Positions 31,491-45,700 of a stretch of DNA of 64,000 bases are shown here, piece after piece; position 1 is the first letter of the stretch, and each line of letters begins with the position of its first letter. The notes beneath the pieces are model-generated. The model had not been told where the DNA came from and did no database searches. It saw only the letters and a program-made list of their open reading frames with translations. This DNA is from an uncultured virus (IMG/VR IMGVR_UViG_3300002835_000092) (Duplodnaviria; Heunggongvirae; Uroviricota; Caudoviricetes): the IMG/VR virus record IMGVR_UViG_3300002835_000092, one strand, 5' to 3'. A program made the position numbers and the translations under genes.

Positions 31491-33689
31491 ATGGGAAGAT
31501 TTTATCAAACATCAGATGCCAAATTTGTAGATGACAAAATGTTTGAAGCACCACATCAATTGATGGCACAGGTACTTCAAAATAAAGATAAGGAAATTGA
31601 TACAGAAATTACTTCTGCAACTGCTTATTTGGATAAACTTAAAGCTGATGTATTAACTCAAGATAGTCCTGAATTACAGCAAGAAATAAAAAATTATGAA
31701 GCTAAAATTACAGGTATTGTAGATAATATAAAATCTAATCCTTTAGAATATAATAAATACAGTTCAGATATAATGCATTTAGGTAGAGATATAAATGCTA
31801 ATTGGACTACTGGTAAAATTGGAACAATGCAACAATATAAAAAAAATGTTGTTGCTGAATATGATAAATTAGATGAATTAGCAAAGAAAGACCCTTCTAA
31901 ATATGATGCTGCTTACATAGCTGCTGAAAAAGCTAATATACTTGCTAAATATCAAGGTATTAATTGGAATGCTGATATGAATAAAGCAGGTGCATCACCT
32001 GATATTCAAAATGCTTATTATGCTGCTGATTTTGATGATAAGTTTTTACAACACATGAAAGCAAGTGGTTATTCTGTAGAAAAAGATACAAGAGGAGGAA
32101 ATGGTTATATTTATAGACATAAAGAAGGTGGTAAACAATTAACTAAAGAAGAAATAGCTAATGCTATGTATTCTCAATTAACAGCAGATAATGATTATCA
32201 ACAAGCTGTTGAAAGAAGAAAACAATTAGGTATTAGTGGTTATGAAAATGCAGATTTGAGTAAAGCCTATGTTTATGAGAAAAATGAAAAAGGTATTCCT
32301 CAATTTAAAGGATTTAATACTGACCATTATGGTAAAATGATAAATGCTGCTGCTCAAACTTATTCACATAAAGAAACAGAAGTATCAGATACTATTCATA
32401 ATGATGAAGGATATTGGAAAACTTGGGATAGAGCTAATAAATTAGCTGATGATGCTAAAGAAGAAGCTGAAAATGTAAATACAAGTTATGAATCTGTATA
32501 TCAAGTAGGTACTAACTCTTCATCTAATTTTCAAAAAACTCTTACTCAAACTAACCAAAATCTTGGTGCTATTCAAGATAATATTAATACTCAAATTAAA
32601 AACTTAAAAGTTAAGCCTGGTAGTGATATGGAAAAACTTATCAAAAAAGGTAATGTTCAAGCTATGGTTGCTGCTGGTATGTCAGAAGCAAGTGCTATAG
32701 AATTATCTTCTCAATATAAGTCAGAATTAACTAAAAAGAATCTATTAAATGCTCAAGCTCAGGGATTTATAGAATATGCTAAAAAGACAGGAAGAAAATT
32801 TGATACTACTAAAAATGGTTGGTTAAATGACCCTAATGCTCAAAAAGCATATAATGAATATTTGACTGTAAATGGCACTAAAGAAAAAAACAATATTAAA
32901 GAAAATTTAGTAACTTTAAATGGTATAGGTTTAAATAAAAATACAATAACAGAATTGAAAGGTGTTATAGAACAAAGATTTGATGATGTTGCATTTAATA
33001 TAGACCAAACAGTAAAAGGTTCTCAATTAAAATTTGAAGATAAAAATGGTAATGAAATAGTTTATGTTGCTGCAAATGATAAAAGAGCAGGTAAAACTGA
33101 AAAAGTCAAAGCAGGAATAAAACCTGCTGTTGAAACAGGTTACTTTGATTTCAAATTAGATAAACCAGCAGAACAATTATATAAAACAAGAATTTATAAA
33201 GTTGCTCCTGGAGGTAAATTGTCTGTATCTCAATTAATTAGTGAAGGTGGTATAGAACAAAGAACTAATAAAGAAGGTAAAAAAATATATATCACAAGAC
33301 AAAATGGTAAAGAAGTTGGTTTACAAGTAGATGAAAAAACAGTTGGTTTAGATATGGCATTGGATAATGCTGGTCAAAGTAATTTAGGTATGAGTGTACA
33401 GATTGGAGATTATAGATTACCAGCATTGGTTTCTACTAATCAAATCAGTACACCAAGTATAGATAATTTTGTTTCTAAAAATAGACCAGAAATGGAATGG
33501 AGAAAAACAATGAATCAGACTAATATTAAAACATTAGGTAGAAGAACTGTACCAGCTATGAATGGAGAATCTTATGAAACAGACCATGGAAAAGCATATA
33601 TTATTCATAAAGATGGGAGTAGAACACAATTACTTAAATCAGAAGAAATAGATAAAGTACATCAAATTATTTATTCTGAACAAAATTAA
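31491..33689 (+). CDS. Virion cargo/ejection protein
   Basis: Large helical protein directly upstream of the vRNAP gene. Confidence 0.55.
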   Translation: MGRFYQTSDAKFVDDKMFEAPHQLMAQVLQNKDKEIDTEITSATAYLDKLKADVLTQDSPELQQEIKNYEAKITGIVDNIKSNPLEYNKYSSDIMHLGRDINANWTTGKIGTMQQYKKNVVAEYDKLDELAKKDPSKYDAAYIAAEKANILAKYQGINWNADMNKAGASPDIQNAYYAADFDDKFLQHMKASGYSVEKDTRGGNGYIYRHKEGGKQLTKEEIANAMYSQLTADNDYQQAVERRKQLGISGYENADLSKAYVYEKNEKGIPQFKGFNTDHYGKMINAAAQTYSHKETEVSDTIHNDEGYWKTWDRANKLADDAKEEAENVNTSYESVYQVGTNSSSNFQKTLTQTNQNLGAIQDNINTQIKNLKVKPGSDMEKLIKKGNVQAMVAAGMSEASAIELSSQYKSELTKKNLLNAQAQGFIEYAKKTGRKFDTTKNGWLNDPNAQKAYNEYLTVNGTKEKNNIKENLVTLNGIGLNKNTITELKGVIEQRFDDVAFNIDQTVKGSQLKFEDKNGNEIVYVAANDKRAGKTEKVKAGIKPAVETGYFDFKLDKPAEQLYKTRIYKVAPGGKLSVSQLISEGGIEQRTNKEGKKIYITRQNGKEVGLQVDEKTVGLDMALDNAGQSNLGMSVQIGDYRLPALVSTNQISTPSIDNFVSKNRPEMEWRKTMNQTNIKTLGRRTVPAMNGESYETDHGKAYIIHKDGSRTQLLKSEEIDKVHQIIYSEQN

Positions 33690-33692
33690 TCT

Positions 33693-33700
33693 TATATTTG
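33693..33700 (+). promoter_or_regulatory. Bacteroidota -7 element (TATATTTG) for the vRNAP gene
   Basis: TAnnTTTG in a 28-nt intergenic gap. Confidence 0.7.
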
Positions 33701-33717
33701 TAAAAAAATAAATTTAT

Positions 33718-36700
33718 ATGTTACCACCTAAAAGAAAGAGTGCAAGTTTAGATTTTTTAAACCAAAGTATAGAAAATAAAAAGAAAACATTTTCTTCACA
33801 AGTAGTTAATAATCAGCAAAATAATACTGCTAATGTATCACAAGAAGAGCTTACCTCTCAAGATATGAGTTTAGGTAATGTATCTGCTGGTACATTGGAT
33901 ATGATGTATAAATCTTCTACTGAAAGAGAAACAGAAGATTTTTTCAATTCTAAAGCTAAAAAAGAAGCTGAAAAATTAGCTAAAGCTAAAACTCTTGATG
34001 ATAATGGTGTTCTTGCTGAATTAAAAAATAAGGTAGGAGAAGAAAAAGCTATTGAATTTTTAGATATTGATGAAAAAATAAAAGAAAAAAGAAAGAAAAG
34101 TATTGATTTCATTGATGATAATGGAGTTAATATTTTTGCTCCTATTTATAAATTACATGATTATTTTGCTGATGATGAAAATAAATGGGGTAAAACAGCT
34201 AAAGAAGAAAAAGAATACAATGATTTAATTACATACAGAGATAATAAAATTATGCCTGTAATGAATGAAGTTAAAGAAAGTTTTAAAAATAGATTTAAAG
34301 AAATTGAAGAGAAAGCTAAAAAATATAGAGATGCTAAATTAAAAGATGATGCACAAATAGTATATCATAAAGATGGTAGTGTTGGTCCAAAAGCATCTGT
34401 TCCAGATAGACTTACTGGTTATCAAAAAAATACATCAGAAGATAATTATACTCCATATCAAGAAGAGGTAAATTATAATATTGCTAAAAAAAATTATGAA
34501 GAAGTAATAGAAACTTTAGAAGATTATACTACTGGTAATACAGGATTTTGGTCAGGATTTGGTACACAAAGTAAAGACTTAAAATCATTAGGGTTATATA
34601 GTATAGCTAAAGATATTAAGAGTATTCCTATTATTGAAAAACAAAATAGGATAATAAATGAAGTAACAAAGAATACAGATAAAAATGGTAATGTAAAAAA
34701 AGGTTATGTTCCTTCTGAAACACTTACTGATAGTGAACAAGCTGTTATAGAATCTATTGCTAAAAAACAAAATATTGAAGCAAGAGATTTAATGCATGAT
34801 AATAGATTATACAGAACAGGTAAAGGTGTTGCTACATCTGCTGTTATGATGGAGCAAATGATAGCTACTGCACCAATAGGAGGTCCTATAGAAACTGCTG
34901 TGGGTAAATTTGTTGCAAGAGATGCTATAGGATTAACTCTTAATACTGCTTTACAACAAGGTGGTAAGAAACTTGCTTTAAAAATGATAGGTGGAGAATT
35001 AGCAGGAGGAACAGCAAGTTTAGCTGTACAAGGACTTGTTAATCCTATGACTTATGGTGGTTATGCAAAAGACCAAATTGGTAATGTAGAAATATCACAT
35101 GATGAAAATGGTAAAGAAATTTATCTAACAAGTCAAGCAATCTATAACAAATATAAAAAAGACTTTAGTTTAAAGAATGTTCAAATAGATAGTCAAATAA
35201 ACAAATTATCTAAAAATAAAACAGAAGAAAATTTAGCTAAAATAGAAGAATTGCAAGGAATGAAAGATTCTTTAGCTGATGAATTATCTTTAATACAACC
35301 ACATAGTAAATTTGAATCAGCTTTGTTTGGTTATTCAGAATATTTAAAAGAAGCATTTGCTGAAAGATTTGTTGGAGAAGCACTTGGACCATTAGGTAAA
35401 TTAGCTAAATCTGAATCTACTATGTTAGGTAGAGGTTTAACTAAATTATCTGAAAGTAAGATAGGAAAAGGTTTATCAGTAATAAATGATAAATTTGTAA
35501 AGGGTAGAAATGCTATGAATAATTTAGCATTAGGTAAAATATCTACTCAAGCTATTGCTCATACAGGACAAATGAATATGTTAGATTCATTACCTGGAGA
35601 AGTATTAGAAGAAGTATTTACTGCTTTAGTACCTACTTATGGTCAAGATTATGGTAAACAATTAGAACAATTAAGTGATTCAGAATTTTATGAAGATGTT
35701 ATAGCTCAAACTCTTATAATGAATGGAGCTATGGGTAGTGTTGGTATGGGAATGAGAGCCAACAATTTCAGATTAGATAAAAAAGCAATTAGTAAAATTT
35801 ATAGAGATATTGATGCTTCTACAACAGATGAAGATTTAGCTACTCATATTAATATGAATACCTCTGGTAGTTTATATAGTCCATTGGAATATGATGCTAT
35901 GATAACTAAATTAAGAGATAATGGTAAAATTGAACAAGCTAATAAATTAGAAAAAACAAAATTTGAAAGATTAGCTGCTCATGCTATAAGAACAGGAACA
36001 ATAACTAATTTCCAAGAAACATTGGATAAAGTGTTATTAAAACCTGATACTGAAATATCTGCTGAAACTAAATTAAATATACAACTTGCTAAAAAGAGAA
36101 TAGATGAACTAAAACAAGTTTATGATGCACATTCAGAGAAACAAAATTTTGGAACAATATTCAATTTAGCTGAAAAAAAATTAGCAAATAAACAAACTAT
36201 TGAAGAATTAGATAAACATATTGTTGAAAATAAACAAAATGCTAAAGAAGAGATAGATGCTTTTATAACAAGAGAAGGTATCAAAATAGATTATTCTATT
36301 GATACTTTATTAGATAGACAATTTGAAAATGAAGAAGACCAACAAAAATATAATTCTTTTTTAGACAAATTAGAAAAAGAAAATCTATTAGCTGTAGAAA
36401 ATCATAAGAATGCTACAATGTTAAAAGATACTTTGAATAGTAATCAAAGTATATTATTAAAAAATTATAATGACCAAGTTCATCCTCTATATCAAAAGAA
36501 AATGGAGGAGAAAAAAGCTATTTTACAAGATTATAATTCTATTGTAGAACAAATAAAACAAGAAGGTTCTGAAAATGCAGAATTTAATTATCAAAATGAA
36601 TTACAAGAAACTCCTGTTTTAATTGAAAGTATAGTTGAAAAACTTAAACAAAAAGATATTACTGGAGAAAATAAAGATTTTATTAATGATTTAAAAGAAC

Positions 36701-39700
36701 AAAAATTACAAGAACTTAAAGTAAAGCAAGAACAAGTTCATAAAGAAAAAATAGCTAAATCTATAAAAGACTTGTTAGCTCAAAGACAAGAGAAAATAGA
36801 TGCTGGAGAAGTTGTTCCTGAAAATGAGCCATATATTACAATTGTAGATGAAGATGCTAAAGAAGAACATACTTCTTCTGTTGCTGGTAATTTACAAACT
36901 ATGGAAACTGTTTTTTCATTAGATGATAATTCCACAACTATAAACAATGACCCTGTATTTATCGCAGATGATTTCAATGATATGATTGGAAATACATCAT
37001 CTTTTACACCTCAACAGAGTAGTGTTGCTAAAAAAATTGTATTAGAAGATGTTAATAAAGTTAAAAATCTATTGAATAGAAATATTAGCTTTAGAGAATA
37101 TATGTCTCATTTAGATGAAATTGTAAATAACAAAGAACAATTAAAGAAATTATTTGATGGTTATGTAGAAGGTTGGAAACAAAACAATTTTGAAGCAGAT
37201 GACTATAATCAAGTTTATATGGATTTATTTAATCCTTTAGCTTCATTGGGTACTAATGCTTCATTGATGGCTCAAATGTTTGAACAACAAGTTCCTATTG
37301 AAGAAGCTAATACATTTGTAGAATTAGAAGAAAAAGTAGAAGAAATAAAAAAAGAAGTTGCTCAAAGAGAGGTTACTACTGTTGGTTATGATGAAGAAAA
37401 TATTCCTATTCAAAAAACAGCAGTAAATGAAATTGAATCTAAAAGAACTTTGACAATTACTCCTAAATTAGGATTCTCTTCTATTGCTTATGTTGAAGTA
37501 ATTGAAAATGGTATATTAGTTAGAAAAACAATAGGTAATGAATTAAATCATAAGTTTGGAGATTTAATTGATTTTAGAGAATTATTACATCCTGATATGC
37601 ATCCTTCTGGAAGTAAATTAGGAGTAAAAATTGCTCCTGAATCTTTATGGTCTCAAATTACTGTTTCTGATGGTAGAAATGCACAAGGAGCAGCTCAAAC
37701 AACTACTTTTGATAAATGGTTATCTGAAAAAGAAAAACAAAATCCTAATTTCAGAAACACACAAGAATTTATGAATAAAGTTCCTGTGTTCTATACTAAT
37801 AGTGCAGGTAAAGAATTAGCTTATGTTCAAGATACTGATTGGTATAATACATTCAATATAGGTAATCCTTTTGGAGATTCAAGTAATCCTAACTTACCTA
37901 CTCAAGAATGGATAAATCATATTAATGAAGGTAAATTAAATGCTCAAAATTTAAGAAATAGTATAGCTAATGGTTTAACAGAAGTTACAATAAATAAACC
38001 TTCTGATGGTATATTTTATGAAATACCTATGACAGAACCAAAAATTACACTAAATGAAGCTAATCCTCAAACAATTGTAACAGTACAAATTGGAGAGGAC
38101 TTATATATGGGTAATCAAATTTTTAATGCTGGAAAACTCTTAAATAAAGATAAATCTGGTAATGAAGGAAAATTTGATTTTAATAGTGTAGGTCATACTT
38201 GGGAAGTAAGAAGAATAGGTACAACATTAAATGATAAAGGAGAAATAGTACCAACATATAGAGCTTATCCTGTAGGAAGAGTTGTTTCTAATGAACAAAT
38301 AGAAACAGCAAGATTTGCTATGGCTGCTCATTTAGCTCTTAAAAAAGATGCAAGTTGGACAAGACACTTGAAAGGTACTATATATGAAATGACTTATGAG
38401 AAAGCTAAATCTATTCAAAAAGATGTGCATACTCAAATGGGTCTTGATATTGAAAATGGAAATGAAATAGTTCAATTTATAAAAACTTATTTTCAAGACA
38501 ATATTGCTGGAGATAATTTAGGTCAATACAAAAAAGGTTTGTTTGATGAAAATGTTATGAATAATGTTTCACAGCATACAAATAACAAACTTTTGAATAA
38601 CAGAAATGTAAAAAGTATAGTTCATATTACAAGAGAAGGAGTTACTCCTTTAAATCAAACTTATGACAATTATTTAAAAAATAATTTACTTACTAATATC
38701 AAATCTTTTAATATTGATGATACTGGAAAAAATCCTACTTATGTTACTATGATACAACCAATTATCACAGTAGATTACAAGGAAGTGGAGAAACCAGCAA
38801 CTAAAAATATTGAAGCAAGACAAGAAGCTGCTGCTACTGTAGTAGAGCAACTTAAAACATCTGTACCATTCAATTTAGAAAAACATACTGAATTTTTAAA
38901 TGATTTGGGTATTGACCCTAATGATTTTGATGAAAGTAATGATATGATTGCTAATACAGATAAGTTAGCTAACATTTTCAATGTTAGTGGAGATTTATCT
39001 ATAACTCAAGAAAAAAATGTAAGACAGTTTATATATCATAAAATTGGTAATAAAGTAAGTTTTGGTTATAAAAATAAAATATCAAAAGAAGCTATTCAAA
39101 ATGATATTAAATCAGAATTGAATTTACATCTTAATAAGATAGAAAAACAAGTATTATCAATGTTATCTGAAATTAAAAATCAAGATAACACTAATGGTGC
39201 TTTAAATCATTATATTGAAGCATATAATCAAACTTTAAAAAATATTAAAGATATTAAAAATAATTATGAAACAATATATAACAAAGCATTTGCTGATATT
39301 CAAAAACAAACTCAACTTACTTTAAATGAAAAAGAAGAAAGTGATATTGAACAAGATGATGTAGAATTAAGTGTTAAAGATTATAGTAAAGATTCTATTG
39401 AAGAATCAGGTAAAGCTAAAGCATCTTATAGATTAAGAAGATTTTTATCTGAAATTCCTGTATTTGATAGCAAAGGTGTAGCACAAAAAGGTTATTTAGG
39501 TATTCCTTTATATATGTCATTTAATGATGTATATAATGAATTAAGTAAAGTTTTAGCTCTTGGTTCAGAAGTTAAATCTGATTACAATACTATCATAGCT
39601 AAAATGAAACAAAGTAATAATGCTTTTGTAAAAAGTGTTTTAGCTAAATTAGAAAATGCTGACCAACAAATTAAAAACGAATTAGTTTATAATTTTGTCA

Positions 39701-42700
39701 GACATACTTTGTCTTCTAAATTTGCCATGTATGAAAACACTAAAAACAATGGTGTATCATTAAAAATCTATAATACTAATGCAAATGAAGCTACAAGAAT
39801 TATAGCTAAAAATTGGAAGAATGAAAATAAATCATCAGGTTTATATAACAAAAACCAATCTTTAAATGTACAATATGCTCAATCATTATTAGATGAATTT
39901 AATAAATGGGATAGACAAGATTATAGAAAAGTTCCTGAAAATGATTTGAGGAAATGGTTATCTAAAATAGGTTATACTTTTGAAGATACCTCTTGGAATC
40001 AAATTTATAATGAAGGTATTTTTAATGCTGGAAAACAAAATTCTTTCAATGTATTATATAGTCAAAATGCTGGTGGTTTATTTATTCCATTAAAAAATTG
40101 GTTAGAAAAAGCAATAGTTAATCCTGCTGATTTTAGTTTTGATAGTAAAGAAAGTGTATTTAATGATTTAGCTGGTGTTACAAAAGCATTAAGTTTAATA
40201 GAAGCAAAATATAACCCAACTCTAATAACTCTTTCTTTTAGAGATTCTGGTAAAAACATATCCACTTTAGTTCCTACTAAATATGTAACTGATATGGTTC
40301 AGAATCTTAAAAGAAGTATATCAGAAGATGGAAACAATTTAGTTGATGATTTACTATCATTATCACTATCTGAAAATTCTATAATTTTAGATATGTTGAA
40401 AAATGAACCTACTTTTAAAAGTATGTTTGAAATTTCACATACTTCTATTACAGCATTTAAAGAAAAAGGAGAACAACCATACAGAGCAAGTATTACTGAT
40501 TTAAGTGATATTGATTATGATATGGCTGGTATTACTGGTTTTCAAGATAGAAAGATTGATAAATTACCAAAAGGAACTAAATTTGAAGGTATATCAATGA
40601 GAATGGCTAATATGTTATTTCCTACTATGTCAGATAAAACTACTGGTATGTATATGACAACTGCTATTTTTGATTTCTTAAAAGATGGTAAAATAGATGG
40701 TATGTTTAATTTGACAGAAGAAGGTGTAGTACAAGGTATTGGACCAACTGTTAAAACTCTATTGTTTAATCAATTGGTGTTACCAGAACTAAAAAGAATA
40801 ATTAAATTTCATACAGAAGTTAAAGCAACAAATATTAAAGATTATGATAAAGGAGCAACTCTTTTTCATTTCTTACCTATAATGAATACTTTAAAAGATG
40901 AAGATGGTTTAAATATTGTAAATAAGTTAGCATTAACAGGTATTACAATAGATGAAGCTATTGAAAAATATCAATCTACTTTTGAAGATGCTATTGAAGG
41001 TGTAATAAAAAAAGAAGTAGAACATAAAAAAGGTATGTGGAGTAATTATTTAGAAGTAAATAAAGAAGGAAATTCATACTCTAAAATGTTTGATAATAAT
41101 TATTTTAAAGAAGAAGGTAAAAATCCTTCAACTGATTATGATTTAGCTGTTTATGATTTTGTATTAAATAATATGATTACTAATTCAGAAGTATTCAAAG
41201 TATTTGCTGGAGATATTGCTAATTATAGTAAAGATAAATTATACAAAGAAGAAGGTAAATCAGTTAATCCTTTTGATATAAAAGATGATAAAACTTATGT
41301 TTCTATTAATAAAGAAATTGGTGTAAATCTTGGTAAAAGGTTAGCACTACTTATTGCTCCTGGTAGTAAAATTGCTAATTCTTATGGAGAAAAATATAAT
41401 CAAATATTTCTTGAAGATTCTATAGATATTAGTGAAAATTCAGAATACTTAATTAAAAATTACTATGGTAAAAAAGGATTAGATGAAGCTCAACCTTTAT
41501 TAGATAAATATAAAAAAGCTGCTGAAATATTAAATAAACATGAACAAGGTATTTTAAGTTTAAATTCTGTTAGATATAATGCTATCAATAAAACATTATC
41601 TGATATTAGAAAATCTTTAGCTAATAAATTTCCAGCTATAGATGCTTACTTTGATATTGAATCTACTGATGCTCAAGAGTATTCAACAGCAACAGAGCAT
41701 ATATCTATTTTACATAGAATAGGTAGAATTTCTGATGAAGAATTTAAAGTAATAACTAATAAATTATTAACAGAAGGAGAAAAAGGTTATTTAACTAAAG
41801 AAGAATTAAAATTAGTATTTCAACCAATTAAACCTGTTCACACAGGAACATATACTAATATAAATCAAGATGTTAATAGAGTAGTTTATATTAAATCTTC
41901 TGCATTTCCTTTGATACCACAATTAACTGCTGGTACAAAATTAGATGCTTTAAGATTAAAAATGGAAGAGTTGGAAACTAATACAGGTAGATTCACAAGA
42001 GCTTCTTTTCAAACAGCTAACAAAGTAGGTGCTACAATAAAAACAGTAAAGCCATTTGATACAAATTCATTATCAACTATAAAAAATTATAATGCTGATG
42101 ATATAAATACTAATATGTTAGTATTGAACAGAGATAATTTTAGAATACAACAAGATGTACCTTTTAAATCTGATAAACATCAAGATGATAAAGTTTCTAT
42201 GGGTACACAGTTTTTTAAATTATTATTTGGTGATGGTGTAATTGATAAAGAAGGATTTACTATTGATGGTAAAGAACTTACTGGTAAAGAATTATATCAA
42301 CATTTTAATAAAGCATTTAGTGATATTGTAGATAGTAAAAAACAAGAATTATTTTTAGATTTAGGTTTAGATACAAATGGTCAAATTAAAAATGAACAAA
42401 ACTTTGTAAAAAACTTACAAGATTTATTAATAAAAGAAGCTACTTCAAGAGGTTATAGTGTAAAATCATTAGCAGGATTAAAGATTGAAAAATTAGCTGC
42501 TGCTGCTGGATTCTATTATGAATTTAAAACTCCTTTATGGTTATCTTCTGATAGTAATAGATATGAATCACTATTAAATTCAATTATCACTAACAAAATT
42601 ATGAAGCATAAAATGCCTGGTAATGGTTTTGTTGCTGGTTCTGAAAGTGGTTTTAGAATGAAAGAAAATCTTGAAGGTGTAGATAAATCAAGAATAATTT

Positions 42701-45700
42701 ATTTAGATTCATATAATGGTAAAGAATTACAAGGAACTCATACTTCAACAGATGAAAATGGAATAGTATTTCATAAAGCTCAAGTATTTATTCCTTCTAA
42801 ATTTAAAAATGATAAAAAAGAACTTATTGATTTATTTGAAGGATTTAATGGTAAAGAAGGAAAGTATTTAACAAGAAGAGAAAATGGTACATTAACTTTG
42901 AAAGAAGGTATGATAGACCCTGCTTTATTCAATAACTTCAGTTTTAGAACTCCTACTTCATCTCATAAATCAGGTTCATCTATTGAAATTGCTGGTATAT
43001 TACCTCCAGAAGTAGGGGATTTAATGATAGTACCTAAAAACTTTACTAAACAAAAAGGTCTTGATTATGATATTGATAAAGAATCTGCTTATCAATTAAA
43101 TCATATTATGACTAATGATGGTAAAATTAAAGTATTAGAAAACTCTGATATAGAAGATATTACAAGAAGTTTAACTAATAAAATAGAAGAATTTAATCTT
43201 GAAAATACAAGTGCTTCTGCAAAAAGTAATTTTGCTAATGAATTATTTAGAAGTTTCATAGCAGGTAAAGGAAGTTTATTAGATGAAGAATCTTTAGAAA
43301 CTTTATTATTACCTCAAGTTGATATTGTTGAAAAAATAAATAGATTAGAATTACAATTAAAAAGAAAATTAGCTGAAAATGAATTTATTAAATCTCATTT
43401 GGCTATATTCAATAATCCTAATTTAGATATTCAAAACAAAATCAATAGTGTTTTATCTATTGATTTTGCAAAAAGTCAAGCTGAACAGTTAGAAAAATTA
43501 AATGAAGCTGGTTACAGAAACAAGATGATTGCTGAATATATGGCTAAAGATGCTACATTATCTGATTTAAAAGCTAATGAGATGTATGAAGCTGACCAAT
43601 TGAATTTTACAATGCTTACAAATTCTTACCAAAAAAGTAAAATGAATTTAGGAGCTATTGGTAAAGTTGCTATTGGAGTATATGCTAATTATAGTACATT
43701 TAATGCTTTACTTCAACAACATCAAGGAGAAGATATTTATATTCAAGATGATTTAGGTAATCCAAAAACTATTCAAATTGGTCATTTTATTAGTGATGGG
43801 AAACTTGGTGCTATACAACATATAGAACCAACAGGTTTGTCTGAATCTAAATTAAAAGAATGGAGAGAAAAACACCAAAGAAATATTTCAGAAGCATTTG
43901 ATGAAAAAATTAATACTGGTACTGATAATGAAAAAGAGCAAGTTCTTGGTAGAGTTGGTGTAGATGAATTTACTATCAATGTAGATGCTAATACAGCATT
44001 GAGAGGATTTGGTAAAGATGAAAATGGTAATTCTATTTCTTATTTATTATTATCTCAACCAATTATTAAAGAATTAAATCAAAGAAGAAAAGAAAGTAAA
44101 GGAGTATTAGGAGAATTTATAAATGATAAAAAATTAATCAATGATTTAATTGAATCTTATGGTGCAAATTCAGAATTTGTTTTTGAATTAGGTACTGGAA
44201 TGGTTAGTGAAGGAACAGATAAAAATCAAGGAGCATTAGGGAAAACTTCTGATACAAGTGCTTTAACAGGTACAAAAATGTTAGAAGGAATAGAAAACAA
44301 TGGTAAAGATAGAGCAATGCAATTACTTGCTTTAGATGTATATTTAACATTAGAAGAAGAAGCTAAAAAAGTTGCTAAAGTTCAAAAAGTTATTAATACT
44401 AATACTCTTGGTAAATCTATGATTGAATCACAATTAAAATATGAAGGTTTGAAAAAACTTCCTGATAATGGAGTTATTACAAATGCTCATTTATTAATTG
44501 GAGATTATTCTGATACATCTGAAAATCAAAGTGGTGGTTATATGATTGGAAACTATTATGTTACACCAAGAACACCACAAGGACAAATTGTAATCAATGG
44601 TTTACATTTAGGTAATACTTTATATAGAGATTTCTTTCCATATCAAGATAAGTCAATAAATGATGTTGTGAAAGAGATATTGAAAATTCAAGGTAAAGAA
44701 GAAAATATTTCTGATAATGCTATAATTGAAAATTTTGAAGAAATTGTTGAAAACATTAAGAAATTAATTTATTCAAGAAAAGGAAATAATGTATTTAACA
44801 TTGACCCAAAAGCTAAAAGATATGAATTGTTTATTGATGATGAAAATAATACTTCTTTATCTACTTACTTAAAAGATTTATCTAAAAATGATGATAAACA
44901 ATTTAAGAAAGGAATAAAAGAAATGTCTCAAAATGCTTTATTAAAAAGTTTTCAATATGAAACAGGATTAGGAGAAGATGAATTATCATTAATCAAATAT
45001 AATAATACAGCTACTGATAATTTAGATGAAGAGAATTTGTATAATGCTATTCCTGAATTGGTTATGGCTAATAAACAATTACCTTTCAGAAATGGACAAC
45101 CTTATTCTACAGCAGATTTGGCAGAAGATTTAGTAGCTTATTCTTTCTTACAAGGAGGTATTCAAAAAGCAACTGAATTTGCAAAATTTGTTCCTATTGA
45201 AATGCTTGAAAGTATGGGTCAATATCAAGGAGATGTGTTTATGGCAGCAAATCAAAAATTGCAAATGTTTAATACTAAACATAACAGTTCTATTAATCTA
45301 TTTGGTAAAGTGTTAGGTATCAAAGAAGATAGTATGAGTACATTTACTAAACAATATTTCCAACATAACCCAAGTAAAGCTCCAAAAGCTAATTTCAAGA
45401 ATGTTAAAAATAAAAAACAAAATAGTTTTGAGTACAATGTAGAAGATAAAAAATATCCAGCTTTATTATCTGTAAAAGATAATAAAAGAAATATGCCTGT
45501 ATCAGTTTCTTTATTTGAACATATAGGTAATGGTTTATATCAAAAAATTGATACATTGGGTAATATGGGAGTTAGTGAATATGAATTTGGTAATGATAAT
45601 GTTTCTTCTATCAAGAATTTGAAAAAAAATGTAACACCTAATATTGCAACAGATGATAATATAGCTAATGTAAGCAAAAAAACATTTAAAGTTGATGAAA

